This document shows, one piece after another, positions 34,915 to 44,500 of a DNA stretch of 64,000 nucleotides. Under the pieces are notes generated by a model that worked only from the letters and a program-made list of their open reading frames with translations, was not told where the DNA came from and did no database searches. Location of the stretch: positions 26,868 through 90,867 of the forward strand of contig JAGLDY010000013.1 in NCBI GenBank assembly GCA_023145375.1. Direction: 5' to 3'. This DNA comes from Candidatus Sabulitectum sp. (GTDB lineage Bacteria > Fermentibacterota > Fermentibacteria > Fermentibacterales > JCC-6). Positions within the stretch are counted from its first letter, which is position 1. Each line of letters starts with the position of its first letter. The translations under genes were made by a program, and so were the position numbers.

Positions 34915-35318
34915 GATGGACTTTCGCCACAGGAACCATCATTCCTGTTTTTGCACTTCTGGTGCTGTCAGCCTGCAGCACAGACTATGATGTAACCGAG
35001 GTGGCTCCTGCAGAACATCTTGTCACGGATGAACATGCGGGACATGATCATGCACCTGGCGAACCCTGCTATGAGACTGATATTGAAAGTGAACAACCAC
35101 TTACCGGTGAAGAGACTACATCCATAGATGAAGAAAGAGAAGCAGCTCACGCAGGTCATGCGCACGATGAAGGCGACAGAAATCACGGGACACAGTGGTT
35201 CTTCAACCAGCCCTGGGCTGCACCTTTCATCTGGGGAAAGCTAGTGAGGGATTCTCTTGTATTTCTAGCCCTTGCTGTCGGTATTTTCTTTGCAACAAGG
35301 AAGAGAAGTAAGAGATGA
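34911..35318 (+). CDS. His-rich lipoprotein with C-terminal TM anchor (putative metal-binding)
   Basis: Lipobox LLVLSAC. Duplicated DEHAGHDHAPGE and AAHAGHAHDEGDRNHG motifs. C-terminal TM LVFLALAVGIFFATRKRSKR. Confidence 0.6.
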   Translation: MRWTFATGTIIPVFALLVLSACSTDYDVTEVAPAEHLVTDEHAGHDHAPGEPCYETDIESEQPLTGEETTSIDEEREAAHAGHAHDEGDRNHGTQWFFNQPWAAPFIWGKLVRDSLVFLALAVGIFFATRKRSKR

Positions 35319-36022
35319 AAGTGAGATTTCTTCTTCCTGTTTCAGCAATTCTTCTATTTCTGGCAGTTGTTTCCGGAGCATCTGTTTCACGAAGAGCTTC
35401 CGTTGATACCTCCCAGCATATTCAGCTGTTCGGCTCAGGATTCCAGAGACTGACACACTTCATGGCCAGTGCTTTGTATCTTCAACTTGATGATTACCAT
35501 CATATTGCACAATTTCAGGGAATGCTATGGACCGAAGTTACCGACTATCTGCCTCAAATGTGGCTGATAGCAAAACTTGACCCCAACTTCACAGATGTTT
35601 ACACAGATGCCGCTTTCCATCTTATAATTAACCTCGGCGAGGTTGAAAAAGGCCTGGAATTTATCAGAGAGGGTGTAGCGAACAATCCTGACAGTCTCGA
35701 TGTCAGATATGAGTTTGCATACCTTCTATTAGCAACCGGCGCTGGAGAAGAAGATGAGATACTGGATGAAATTCTGACATACAGATCTCTCATGAGAAGA
35801 GCGGGAGGTGACGCGGAGCAACCCTACAACGAATCCTCTTCCGCCGTTATTTTATCCGAAATTATTGATGGAGGAGCCGATTCACTTAATCCCTACAGCC
35901 TCTTCTACAGAAGACGCAGAGCCTTTGTAGTCGCTGCAGAAAGAGAAGGGCTATACTATCCGGACTACCTGTCACCGCCACCGGATTATCTGATTACAGA
36001 GAAAATGGACGGTATCCAATGA
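35315..36022 (+). CDS. Membrane-anchored helical-repeat (TPR-like) protein
   Basis: N-terminal TM FLLPVSAILLFLAVVSGA, followed by helical repeats. I recognise no family. Confidence 0.5.
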   Translation: MKVRFLLPVSAILLFLAVVSGASVSRRASVDTSQHIQLFGSGFQRLTHFMASALYLQLDDYHHIAQFQGMLWTEVTDYLPQMWLIAKLDPNFTDVYTDAAFHLIINLGEVEKGLEFIREGVANNPDSLDVRYEFAYLLLATGAGEEDEILDEILTYRSLMRRAGGDAEQPYNESSSAVILSEIIDGGADSLNPYSLFYRRRRAFVVAAEREGLYYPDYLSPPPDYLITEKMDGIQ

Positions 36023-36525
36023 ATGTTACCATTCCCAGGGAGCTTGCAGCAAGGATCGTATGGTTCTGCAGTCGCAAGAATGTGCAGACTGGAGACAATG
36101 TAATAGATAAGAACAGCACTGACCGTGATATTTACATCATCAGCAGAGGTCAGTTCAGGGTCCACGATGACTCCGCTGGAGAAGACTTCGTTCTGGCCAT
36201 ACTCAGACGGGGAGATATTTTTGGTGAGATGTCCTTCCTTGACGGTTCCACCAGGTCTGCATCTGTAACAGCAACGTGCAACGGCAGTCTTTTGATCATG
36301 GGGGAAGAAGAGTTCTCAAACATGCTGGAAAAAGAACCTGAAGTTGCAGTTCAGTTTCTCAGATTTCTTTCAGGAGTTGTCAGCGGAAGACTGAGAGTAG
36401 CAAATGATGCTCTGCTCCAGGTGGCTTTTGGAGAAGGAGAAACCATAAATCAGGAATACGCACATCTTAAAGAAGCCATAGCGGAAATGCACGCTGCTGT
36501 AAGAATGGAACTGGAAGAGACCTGA
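36019..36525 (+). CDS. Stand-alone cyclic nucleotide-binding domain protein
   Basis: GDIFGEMSFLDGSTRSASV is the phosphate-binding cassette. 168 aa with no DNA-binding HTH after it. Confidence 0.75.
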   Translation: MNVTIPRELAARIVWFCSRKNVQTGDNVIDKNSTDRDIYIISRGQFRVHDDSAGEDFVLAILRRGDIFGEMSFLDGSTRSASVTATCNGSLLIMGEEEFSNMLEKEPEVAVQFLRFLSGVVSGRLRVANDALLQVAFGEGETINQEYAHLKEAIAEMHAAVRMELEET

Positions 36526-36537
36526 TCCACAATCAGG

Positions 36538-36864
36538 TCAATCAGAATCTTCATGGATCGGGAGTACCTCCCACAAAAAACTTGATCCGCCTTCAATGGG
36601 AATATTGGAAAAGGAGAATGTTCTCCATTCGCAGTCTTCAACCCTGAAATCGTACCACCCTTCAGTAATCTGAAATATAGCTGAACTGTCAGGGGGCAGA
36701 ATCGAGAGCCCCAGCATGTCTATCCACTTCTCACGGCCGGATTCCGTGACCCACACGAAGTAGAACTCCGTGGAAGTACAGTTCTTTATCTCAACGGTGG
36801 CACTTCCATACCCGGCGAGAGCCGTCAAAGACAGCAGGCACAGCAACAGCAAGGATATTTTCAT
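36538..36864 (-). CDS. Small secreted protein, one copy of a recurrent ~85-aa domain
   Basis: Signal peptide MKISLLLLCLLSLTALAG. TVEIKNCTSTEFYFVWV...W.DMLG...YDFRVEDCE is collinear with both repeats of the 53817..54464 product. Confidence 0.55.
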   Translation of the reverse strand: MKISLLLLCLLSLTALAGYGSATVEIKNCTSTEFYFVWVTESGREKWIDMLGLSILPPDSSAIFQITEGWYDFRVEDCEWRTFSFSNIPIEGGSSFLWEVLPIHEDSD

Positions 36865-36923
36865 TTTTCCGTGTAACTCCCTTCACCAGCCTTTACCCCT
36901 TCAAGCCTTCCCGGTTCCCTGCA

Positions 36924-39032
36924 TCAGATCATGGACAGACTGATTCTCTTTCTTGCCCTCTCAATACTTATAACAGTAACATCAACCTTCATGCCTGCAT
37001 GGACAACCTCAGACGGATGCCTTATCCACCTGGTGCTCAGTCTGCTTACATGGACAAGCCCGTCAGTGTGCACCCCTATATCAACAAATACTCCAAAATC
37101 TGTAACATTGGTGACCAGACCAGGCAGTTTCATGCCATCTGCAAGGTCATCAATGGAGTGTACATCTGCAAACGAGAATGACTCAAAAACACTTCTGGGA
37201 TCTCTCCCGGGTTTATCGAGCTCCGCCATGATATCCCGAAGTGTGGGTATTCCCCTTGTCTCCGTGACATAATCATTAAGCCTTACCTGCTCTCTCAGTT
37301 CAGCACTGTTCATGAGTCCGCGAACATCCGTTCCAGCATGAGCTGCCATCTCCTCCACCACGGAATAGCTTTCAGGATGCACTGCACTGCTGTCCAGAGG
37401 GTTTAATGCATGATCCACGCGAAGAAATCCCGCGCACTGCTGGAATGCCACAGGTCCAATGCCTGTTACCTTCTTCAACTGGACCCTTGAAGTAAACTCT
37501 CCCTCTGAATCTCTGTATTTTACTACAGAAGACGCTCTTGCTGGACTAAGTCCGGAAACATAAGAGAGCAGTTTTGCACTTGCAGTATTCAAATTGACAC
37601 CCACAGAGTTCACGCATGACATCACGGTATCATCCAGTGCCTGCCTGAGATTCTTCTGGTCCACGTCATGCTGGTACTGCCCGACACCTACGCTTCCAGG
37701 GTCTATCTTCACCAGTTCAGCAAGGGGGTCTTGAAGCCTTCTTCCAATGGAAATAGCGCCTCTTACAGTAAGGTCCAGTTTCGGAAACTCTTCCCTTGCT
37801 ATCTTCGATGCAGAGTAAATGGAAGCGCCACTCTCATTCACCATAACAACAGGTATCTCCAGTTCAAGACCTCGAAGAAAGCTTTCTGTTTCCCGCCCTG
37901 CAGTTCCATTTCCAACGGCAATGTACTCCAGACAATGTTTTTTTATAAGCTTCCTGACCTCGGCAGCAGCAGAATCCGCCTTTCCCGTCACAGGAAAAAT
38001 GGTGGCAAATTCAAGAAACCTGCCCCTTTCATCCAGGCATACAGTCTTGCAACCAGTACGAAACCCCGGGTCAATTGCCATTGTTCTTTTTCCACCAAGA
38101 GGTGCCGCCATGAGAAGTTCGCGGAGATTCAGAGCAAAAACTGCTGTAGCTTCCCTGTCTGCCTTCTCCTTGGAAACCAGCCTCACCTCTGTTTCCATCT
38201 GAGGTCCCAGAAGTCTTTTTAAACCATCCTTCAAAGCCAGGAGAACCTGTTCGCCACAGAGGTTACTTCTCAAATGAAAATGCTTTTTCATGATCGAGAT
38301 GGCAGTTTCCTCTTCCACCCGGACCGTAAGATTCAGAAAAAGCTCCCTCTCCCCCCTCCGCATGGCGAGAACCCTGTGGGATGGGGCACCGGACACCTTC
38401 TCAGACCAGTCGAACCAGTCACGGAACCTCTTCCCTTCCTCTTCCTTGCCTTTTATTACCTTGCATACGAAACGACCTCTGTATAAATAAAGTCTTCGCA
38501 TCTCTGCTCTTACTCCTGGATCATGGGACATTCTTTCAGAGATGATATCTCTGGCCCCTTGAAGAGCTTCCTCAACATCTGCAACACCCTTTTCCACAGA
38601 GACAGAAGACCGGGCAAGCAGGGCAGGATCATCACTGTCATTCTGCTCCAGCAGCAGTTCCGCCAATGGCTCAAGCTCCTTCTCTATAGCCTTTGATGCC
38701 CTTGTTCTCCGTTTTTGTCTGAATGGCAGGTAAATATCCTCAAGTTCAGTTAGATCAGCAGCCTTCCTGATACTGGATTCCAACTGCCCGGTAAGCAGCT
38801 CACGCTCCTTCAGGGAGGAAAGAACAGCACTTCTCCTCTTCTCCAGTGCCTCCAGTCTCTGCCAGGTATCACGAAGGGACGTAAGAACAACCTCATCCAT
38901 TCCTCCTGAAGCCTCTTTCCTGTACCGGGCAATGAACGGTATGGTTGATCCCTGTTCCATCAGATCAAGTACCGCCGTCACCCTGCGGGAGTCCAGCCTC
39001 AGTTCAGAAGTAATTCTTTCTTGAATGTTCAT
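36924..39032 (-). CDS. tex: Tex-like transcription accessory protein (S1 RNA-binding)
   Basis: The conserved N-terminus MNIQERITSELRLDSRRVTAVLDLMEQGSTIPFIARYRKE begins at codon 92 of ORF 36924..39305. The C-terminal S1 domain is LPGLVTNVTDFGVFVDIGVHTDGLVHVS. Confidence 0.85.
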   Translation of the reverse strand: MNIQERITSELRLDSRRVTAVLDLMEQGSTIPFIARYRKEASGGMDEVVLTSLRDTWQRLEALEKRRSAVLSSLKERELLTGQLESSIRKAADLTELEDIYLPFRQKRRTRASKAIEKELEPLAELLLEQNDSDDPALLARSSVSVEKGVADVEEALQGARDIISERMSHDPGVRAEMRRLYLYRGRFVCKVIKGKEEEGKRFRDWFDWSEKVSGAPSHRVLAMRRGERELFLNLTVRVEEETAISIMKKHFHLRSNLCGEQVLLALKDGLKRLLGPQMETEVRLVSKEKADREATAVFALNLRELLMAAPLGGKRTMAIDPGFRTGCKTVCLDERGRFLEFATIFPVTGKADSAAAEVRKLIKKHCLEYIAVGNGTAGRETESFLRGLELEIPVVMVNESGASIYSASKIAREEFPKLDLTVRGAISIGRRLQDPLAELVKIDPGSVGVGQYQHDVDQKNLRQALDDTVMSCVNSVGVNLNTASAKLLSYVSGLSPARASSVVKYRDSEGEFTSRVQLKKVTGIGPVAFQQCAGFLRVDHALNPLDSSAVHPESYSVVEEMAAHAGTDVRGLMNSAELREQVRLNDYVTETRGIPTLRDIMAELDKPGRDPRSVFESFSFADVHSIDDLADGMKLPGLVTNVTDFGVFVDIGVHTDGLVHVSRLSTRWIRHPSEVVHAGMKVDVTVISIERARKRISLSMI

Positions 39033-39142
39033 GTTTGTCTCCCGGTATATGTGAGGAGTGGAATATAGTTTTTTGCACTGGACAGGGGAGTTGGGGTATA
39101 TTCGCCCATCCAATTCAATCAAGTAGGAACGGAGACAGTTAG

Positions 39143-41224
39143 ATGGCTCAAGAATACAATCTTGCGAGTATTCGCAATATAGGCATAATGGCTCACATTG
39201 ACGCCGGTAAAACCACAGTATCCGAGAGAATACTATTCTACACCGGTAAGTCTCGAAAGATCGGTGAGGTTCACGACGGCGAGGCCACTCTGGACTGGAT
39301 GGCACAGGAGCAGGAGCGGGGGATCACCATAACAAGTGCTGCAACCACTACCCAGTGGAAAGGGCATCAGATCAATCTCATTGACACCCCGGGACACGTT
39401 GATTTCACCGTCGAGGTAGAAAGAAGTCTAAGAATTCTTGATGGAACCATTGCTCTATTCTGTGCAGTTGGAGGCGTTGAGCCCCAGAGTGAGACAGTCT
39501 GGAGGCAGGCAGAAAAGTACTCAGTTCCAAGAATAGCCTTTATCAACAAAATGGATCGGGCTGGAGCAGACTTCTACGGCGTTCTCAAGGAACTCCATTC
39601 CAGGCTGAATGCCAATGCCATACCCATAACAATTCCTATCCTGGGAGAAAAAAAGGAATTTCTCGGTATTGTTGATCTTGTGGATAACTGTGCTGTTTAC
39701 TACGATGAATCCTCAGGTGGTAAGGAATTTGTAGAAAAACCCATTCCTCCGGATATGGAAGTAATATCGGCAAAGCAAAAGCTGATACTTATTGAGAAGA
39801 TCAGTGAAGTTGACGAGGAGCTTCTGGACAAGTTCTGTGACGATGTGGAAATAACAAAGAAGGAACTTTCTGAAGCTATCAGAAAAGCTACGCATGCAGG
39901 GCTGGTCTGTCCGGTTCTCTGTGGAAGTGCCTACAAGAACAAGGGTATTCAGCGACTTCTTGATGCTGTTATTGCGTATCTTCCCTCCCCTGTGGACCTT
40001 CCTCCCATAAGTGGTAAAAGCAAAACCGGCAAACTGAAACAGCGAGAACCTGGAAACGACGGCCCCCTGGCTGCTCTGGCATTCAAAGTGGTAACAGACA
40101 GACATACAGGGAAGCTTATCTACACTAGAGTTTACTCAGGTGTCCTTGAAGCAGGTACACATGTGCTTAATTCCACAACCGGTAAAAAACAAAGAGTGGG
40201 CAGAATTCTTAGAATGCACGCCAACAAGCGTGAAGCGGTTGATCGGTTGAACACCGGTGAGATAGGTGCGGTTATCGGCCTTTCAGACACAATAACCGGG
40301 GACACCATCTGCTCTCCTGACGATCCCATCATACTGGAGGCAATTGAATTCCCTGCACCAGTACTCAGTATTGCCGTAAAACCTCTGAAGAGACAAGACA
40401 GAGACAAACTCACCGAAGCTCTGGCTAAGCTTGCAGAGGAAGATCCCACATTCACAGTGGAAACAAATGATGAAACTGGAGACACCATTCTCTCAGGCAT
40501 GGGAGAACTTCACCTTGAGATCCTTATTGACCGTATCAAGCGGGAATTCTTTGTTGAGGTGGAGGTCAATGAGCCTCAAGTTGCTTACAGAGAAACTATT
40601 AACGGTTTCGTTGACTGGAATGAAAAGTACAAGAAGCAGACTGGAGGCAAGGGTCAATATGCTCACATCATATTTACTCTCAAACCTCTTCCTGCAGGCA
40701 GCGGGTTCGAATTCAAGAACGCTGTAAAAGGTGGCAACATCCCCAAAGAGTACATTCCATCAGTGGAAAAGGGTATCATTGATGCCATGCAGGACGGAGT
40801 CTACTGCGGTTTCCCTGTTGTCGATGTTAAAGTTACCCTTAAGGACGGTTCCAGTCACGCAGTTGATTCATCTGAGATGGCATTCCGTACCTGCGCAAGA
40901 AATGCATTCAAGAAGGCCTTCATGAAGTGCAGTCCAAGACTGCTTGAGCCGATGATGTCAGTCTCAATAATCAGTCCGGAAGAGTACTCTGGAGGAGTCT
41001 CCGGAAGCATCTATGAACGGAGGGGAACAATAGTTTCCATGGAAGCCCGTGGAAATGCAAAAGAATTCAAAGCAAGAATACCCCTGTCGAAAATGTTCGG
41101 ATATGCAACCGATCTGAGGAACTCCACACAGGGTAGAGCAACATTCTCCATGCAGTTCGAGCACTATGAAGCAGTACCTGTGGCTGTTGCCGAAGAAGTC
41201 CTGAAAGAGTATAAAAAAGGGTGA
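39143..41224 (+). CDS. fusA: Elongation factor G (not in an str operon context)
   Basis: G motifs AHIDAGKTT, DTPGHVDF and NKMD, with full-length EF-G architecture (693 aa). Confidence 0.9.
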   Translation: MAQEYNLASIRNIGIMAHIDAGKTTVSERILFYTGKSRKIGEVHDGEATLDWMAQEQERGITITSAATTTQWKGHQINLIDTPGHVDFTVEVERSLRILDGTIALFCAVGGVEPQSETVWRQAEKYSVPRIAFINKMDRAGADFYGVLKELHSRLNANAIPITIPILGEKKEFLGIVDLVDNCAVYYDESSGGKEFVEKPIPPDMEVISAKQKLILIEKISEVDEELLDKFCDDVEITKKELSEAIRKATHAGLVCPVLCGSAYKNKGIQRLLDAVIAYLPSPVDLPPISGKSKTGKLKQREPGNDGPLAALAFKVVTDRHTGKLIYTRVYSGVLEAGTHVLNSTTGKKQRVGRILRMHANKREAVDRLNTGEIGAVIGLSDTITGDTICSPDDPIILEAIEFPAPVLSIAVKPLKRQDRDKLTEALAKLAEEDPTFTVETNDETGDTILSGMGELHLEILIDRIKREFFVEVEVNEPQVAYRETINGFVDWNEKYKKQTGGKGQYAHIIFTLKPLPAGSGFEFKNAVKGGNIPKEYIPSVEKGIIDAMQDGVYCGFPVVDVKVTLKDGSSHAVDSSEMAFRTCARNAFKKAFMKCSPRLLEPMMSVSIISPEEYSGGVSGSIYERRGTIVSMEARGNAKEFKARIPLSKMFGYATDLRNSTQGRATFSMQFEHYEAVPVAVAEEVLKEYKKG

Positions 41225-41568
41225 AGCTTATCTATGAAGCTGCCGCAGTGGGTGCTGGAGGTTTTGCCGGCGCGGTGGTTCGCCATCTTGTGGTAACTGT
41301 AACTGGTGGCACCATCGGAATAATAGCTGTAAATGTTGCCGGATGCCTGGTTATGGGTCTTCTTTCTCACGACTCAAGATTCGCTCTTTTTGCTGCAACA
41401 GGTTTTCTTGGCGCTCTAACTACTTTCAGCGCGTTCAGTGGACATGCAGTTAAACTCTGGAATTCAGGAGAAACTGTAACTGCAGCCGTTTTCATTCTTA
41501 TCAATGTGCTGGCCGGGATCTCCGCTTTTATCCTGGGACTTTACCTCAAAACGAATTTAGCCTCCTGA
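41221..41568 (+). CDS. crcB: Fluoride channel CrcB/FluC
   Basis: The GTG start overlaps the fusA stop (GTGA). 115 aa, four TM segments, and GALTTFSAFS. Confidence 0.8.
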   Translation: MKLIYEAAAVGAGGFAGAVVRHLVVTVTGGTIGIIAVNVAGCLVMGLLSHDSRFALFAATGFLGALTTFSAFSGHAVKLWNSGETVTAAVFILINVLAGISAFILGLYLKTNLAS

Positions 41569-41586
41569 CTTAGACAGGAAACTGGT

Positions 41587-44500
41587 TCAGGTGTCCAGCA
41601 TCTTTCGAATTTTTCGAAGCAGGGTGTCAGGACTGAACGGCTTCTGGATAAAATTCAGGTCCTTATCAAGAACAAACCCTGTATGGACCGCATTATGGCT
41701 ATACCCGCTACTGAACAGGGCCGGAACATCAGGATGGGTTTCCCGTATCTTATCGTAAACTTCTTTTCCCCCCAGCCCGGGCATTACCACATCGAGCATC
41801 AGCAGACTTATTTTCTCCGGACTTCCATTGAACAATTCAAGTGCTTTCGGGCCATTTCCCGCTTCAATAACATTGTATCCTGCTATGGTCAGAGTTTCCC
41901 TGGTAAGACTTAGAACCATCTCGTCATCCTCAGCTACGAGAATGGTCTCCGTTCCAGTTGGCACAGGACCATTCACCTCACGGGAAACATGGACCGCCCG
42001 GCGTTGAACAATGGGCATATATATTTTAAATATCGTTCCCTTGTCAGGCTCACTGTAAACCTGAATTTCCCCGTGATGCTGTTTGACTATACCATACACC
42101 GTGGACATGCCCAGCCCGGTGCCCTCCCCTGTAGGCTTAGTGGTAAAGAACGGGTTGAAGATACTGTCCATAGTTTTCTTATCCATACCGCACCCGTTAT
42201 CAGAAACGCTGAGCAGAGTATATCGACCGGGACTGGATCCGGAGTGAGTTCTTGCATACTCGTTGTCGATGAAGACATTTTCTGTTTCGATGGTGATCCT
42301 GCCTCCCTGGGGTAGGGCATCTCTGGAATTGAGGCAGAGGTTTATCAATACCTGCTCCATCTGTCCCCAGTCAGCATGAATGGTTCCCAGATTATGCCCT
42401 GGTATGAACTCATATTGTATATGCTCTCCGATCACCCGTCTGATCATCTTCATAAGATTCTCAATGACTTCGTTGAGATCCAGGTCCACAGGGTTGATTA
42501 TCTGCTGGCGACTGAAGGAGAGCAGTTGACTGACCAGTGTTCTAGCGCGTTCCCCGGCTTTAACGACCTCCTGTACAAATTCACGGGCAGGGTGGTTCTT
42601 GTCCAGCTCTGCAAGTGTAAGTGCCGTGTAACCGTTGATAACCTGCAACAGATTGTTGAAATCATGAGCTACTCCTCCGGCAAGCTGCCCCACAGCCTCC
42701 ATTTTTTGAGCCTGACGAAGCTGTTCCTCAAGCTTGACCTCAACAGTGATGTTCCGCTTAACTGCAACATAATTGACAATATCTCCTGAAGAGTTCTTTA
42801 CTGGTGAGATGGTCGCTTCTTCGGTGAAGAATGTATCGTCCTTCTTTCTGTTGATCAACTTGCCACTCCAGGTTTCACCGGTGGAAAGAGTTTCCCATAT
42901 CTCACTGTAAAAAGAATCATCATGTTTGCCACTCTGCAAAAAACTTGGGTTCTGGCCGATAGCTTCGTTTTTAGAATAACCTGTTGTTTGCTCAAATGCA
43001 GGGTTCACATACTCGATCTTTCCATGAACATCTGTTATCACCACTGTTTCAGCTGCCTGCTCAATGGCAGACATCAATCGCTGGTGCTCAACCAGAGCCT
43101 CTTCGCTGGCAGAGATATTCCGTGCCTGTTGCAGGTTCTGCAGTGCAAGCAGACTCAGCTGGCTGGAAAGAGTGTTAAGAAAATCCACAGTGTATTTAAA
43201 AGCCTCAGTTTCCACGGAAGCAATAGAACCTGCGGCAACAAGAAGTTTTTCTCGGTCAACACCCACCTCATCTGCATACTGCCGCACTTCATCACCATCA
43301 AGATCACCGATGATCATCTGTCCGATAACCCAGCTGCCAAGATGTCTGCCCTGAAGCATTATGGGAACTGAGCCAAAAACCGTGCTACTTAAAGCACAAC
43401 CCCGTCTTACCTGCGGGGTAAGATCTTTTCGCATGGAGCGCATCTGTCTTCTGTGATGCTTCAGGCATCTGAACATTCCTGCATCTGTACTCTGTATCAG
43501 TTCACAAAATGAGGGAAGTCGTGATGGAACAGTAATGGGAGCACCATCAGGTGAAAGGATAACAGACGGCAGCTTGAAAGCATCTGCCAGGGCATCCTGA
43601 ATATCCTGGAGCATATCAAGACCGATCACATCTGTCAGTGACAGGTCACCAAGCTCGACCTCCGGTTGTGTGAGAGCGATCAATCGATGTCTAGCCTGCT
43701 CTTCAAGATGCTTTCTTCTGGTGATATCCGTGGCAATGTAAAGTACCGTGTTCTCTGTTTTGGGAGTTGCTCTGCCCTCGAACCAGACCGTTCTGTCTCC
43801 GATTGAAAGAGGATACTCAATGGTGAGGGCCTCAGTCTTGTCCAGACACTCCCGTACAAAGGCCAGAAAACGATCTGCATCTGCTTCAGGGAATACCTGA
43901 TGGAGTTTCTTTCCTACTATGGTCGAGACAGGTTTATACATCAGGCTCGGTGATGTTGGTGCAATATTTATGTAATTCCCATCATAGTCCATCTCAAAAA
44001 CAACATCTGTCATGGCATTGAACAGGGCTCTCATGTCATTCTCTGATTTGAGTAATGCCTGTTGTGCCTTCCTGTGGTCAGTTACATCTCGGTCGATACC
44101 AGTGAACCCGACCACCTCACCATCGGAGTCGAACAAAGGTCTGGCTGTGCTCTCTAAAATGCGGACAGAGCCATCTTTATGCACCCACCGGATTTCAACG
44201 TTGCTCCAGCCTTCCTTTTTCTTCATCCCACGGGCAAACACCTTTTTAATGTGTTCTCTGTCGTCCGGATACATCATGGAGAAAACAGACTTACCCAGTA
44301 CTTCACTTGTCTCATAGCCAAGAATGCTCTGTATGGAATTATTGGTGAATGTGTGAAAACCTTTAAGATCTATGGCCCAGACAAGGTCCGCAGTGGACTC
44401 CACCAGTTTTCTGTAACGCTCCCTGCTCTCATGGAGTTTTTCCTCAGCCAGTCTGCCGGCTGTCACGTCCCTGCTGAAAAGGCAGTAGCCCACCGTTTCA

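Noticed and set aside
3991-36525. A Pycsar-like defence pairing of the cyclase (3991..7851) with the cNMP-binding protein (36019..36525).
   Set aside because: The two genes are 28 kb apart in different operons. The cNMP-binding protein has no TM or TIR effector domain. The cyclase has a signalling-type STAND-TPR architecture.
39033-39305. The ORF track extends the tex ORF 91 codons upstream (to a GTG at 39305), overlapping the fusA start.
   Set aside because: The conserved Tex N-terminus begins at the ATG at 39032. The extension is Cys/Arg-rich, has no family resemblance, and would overlap fusA head-on.
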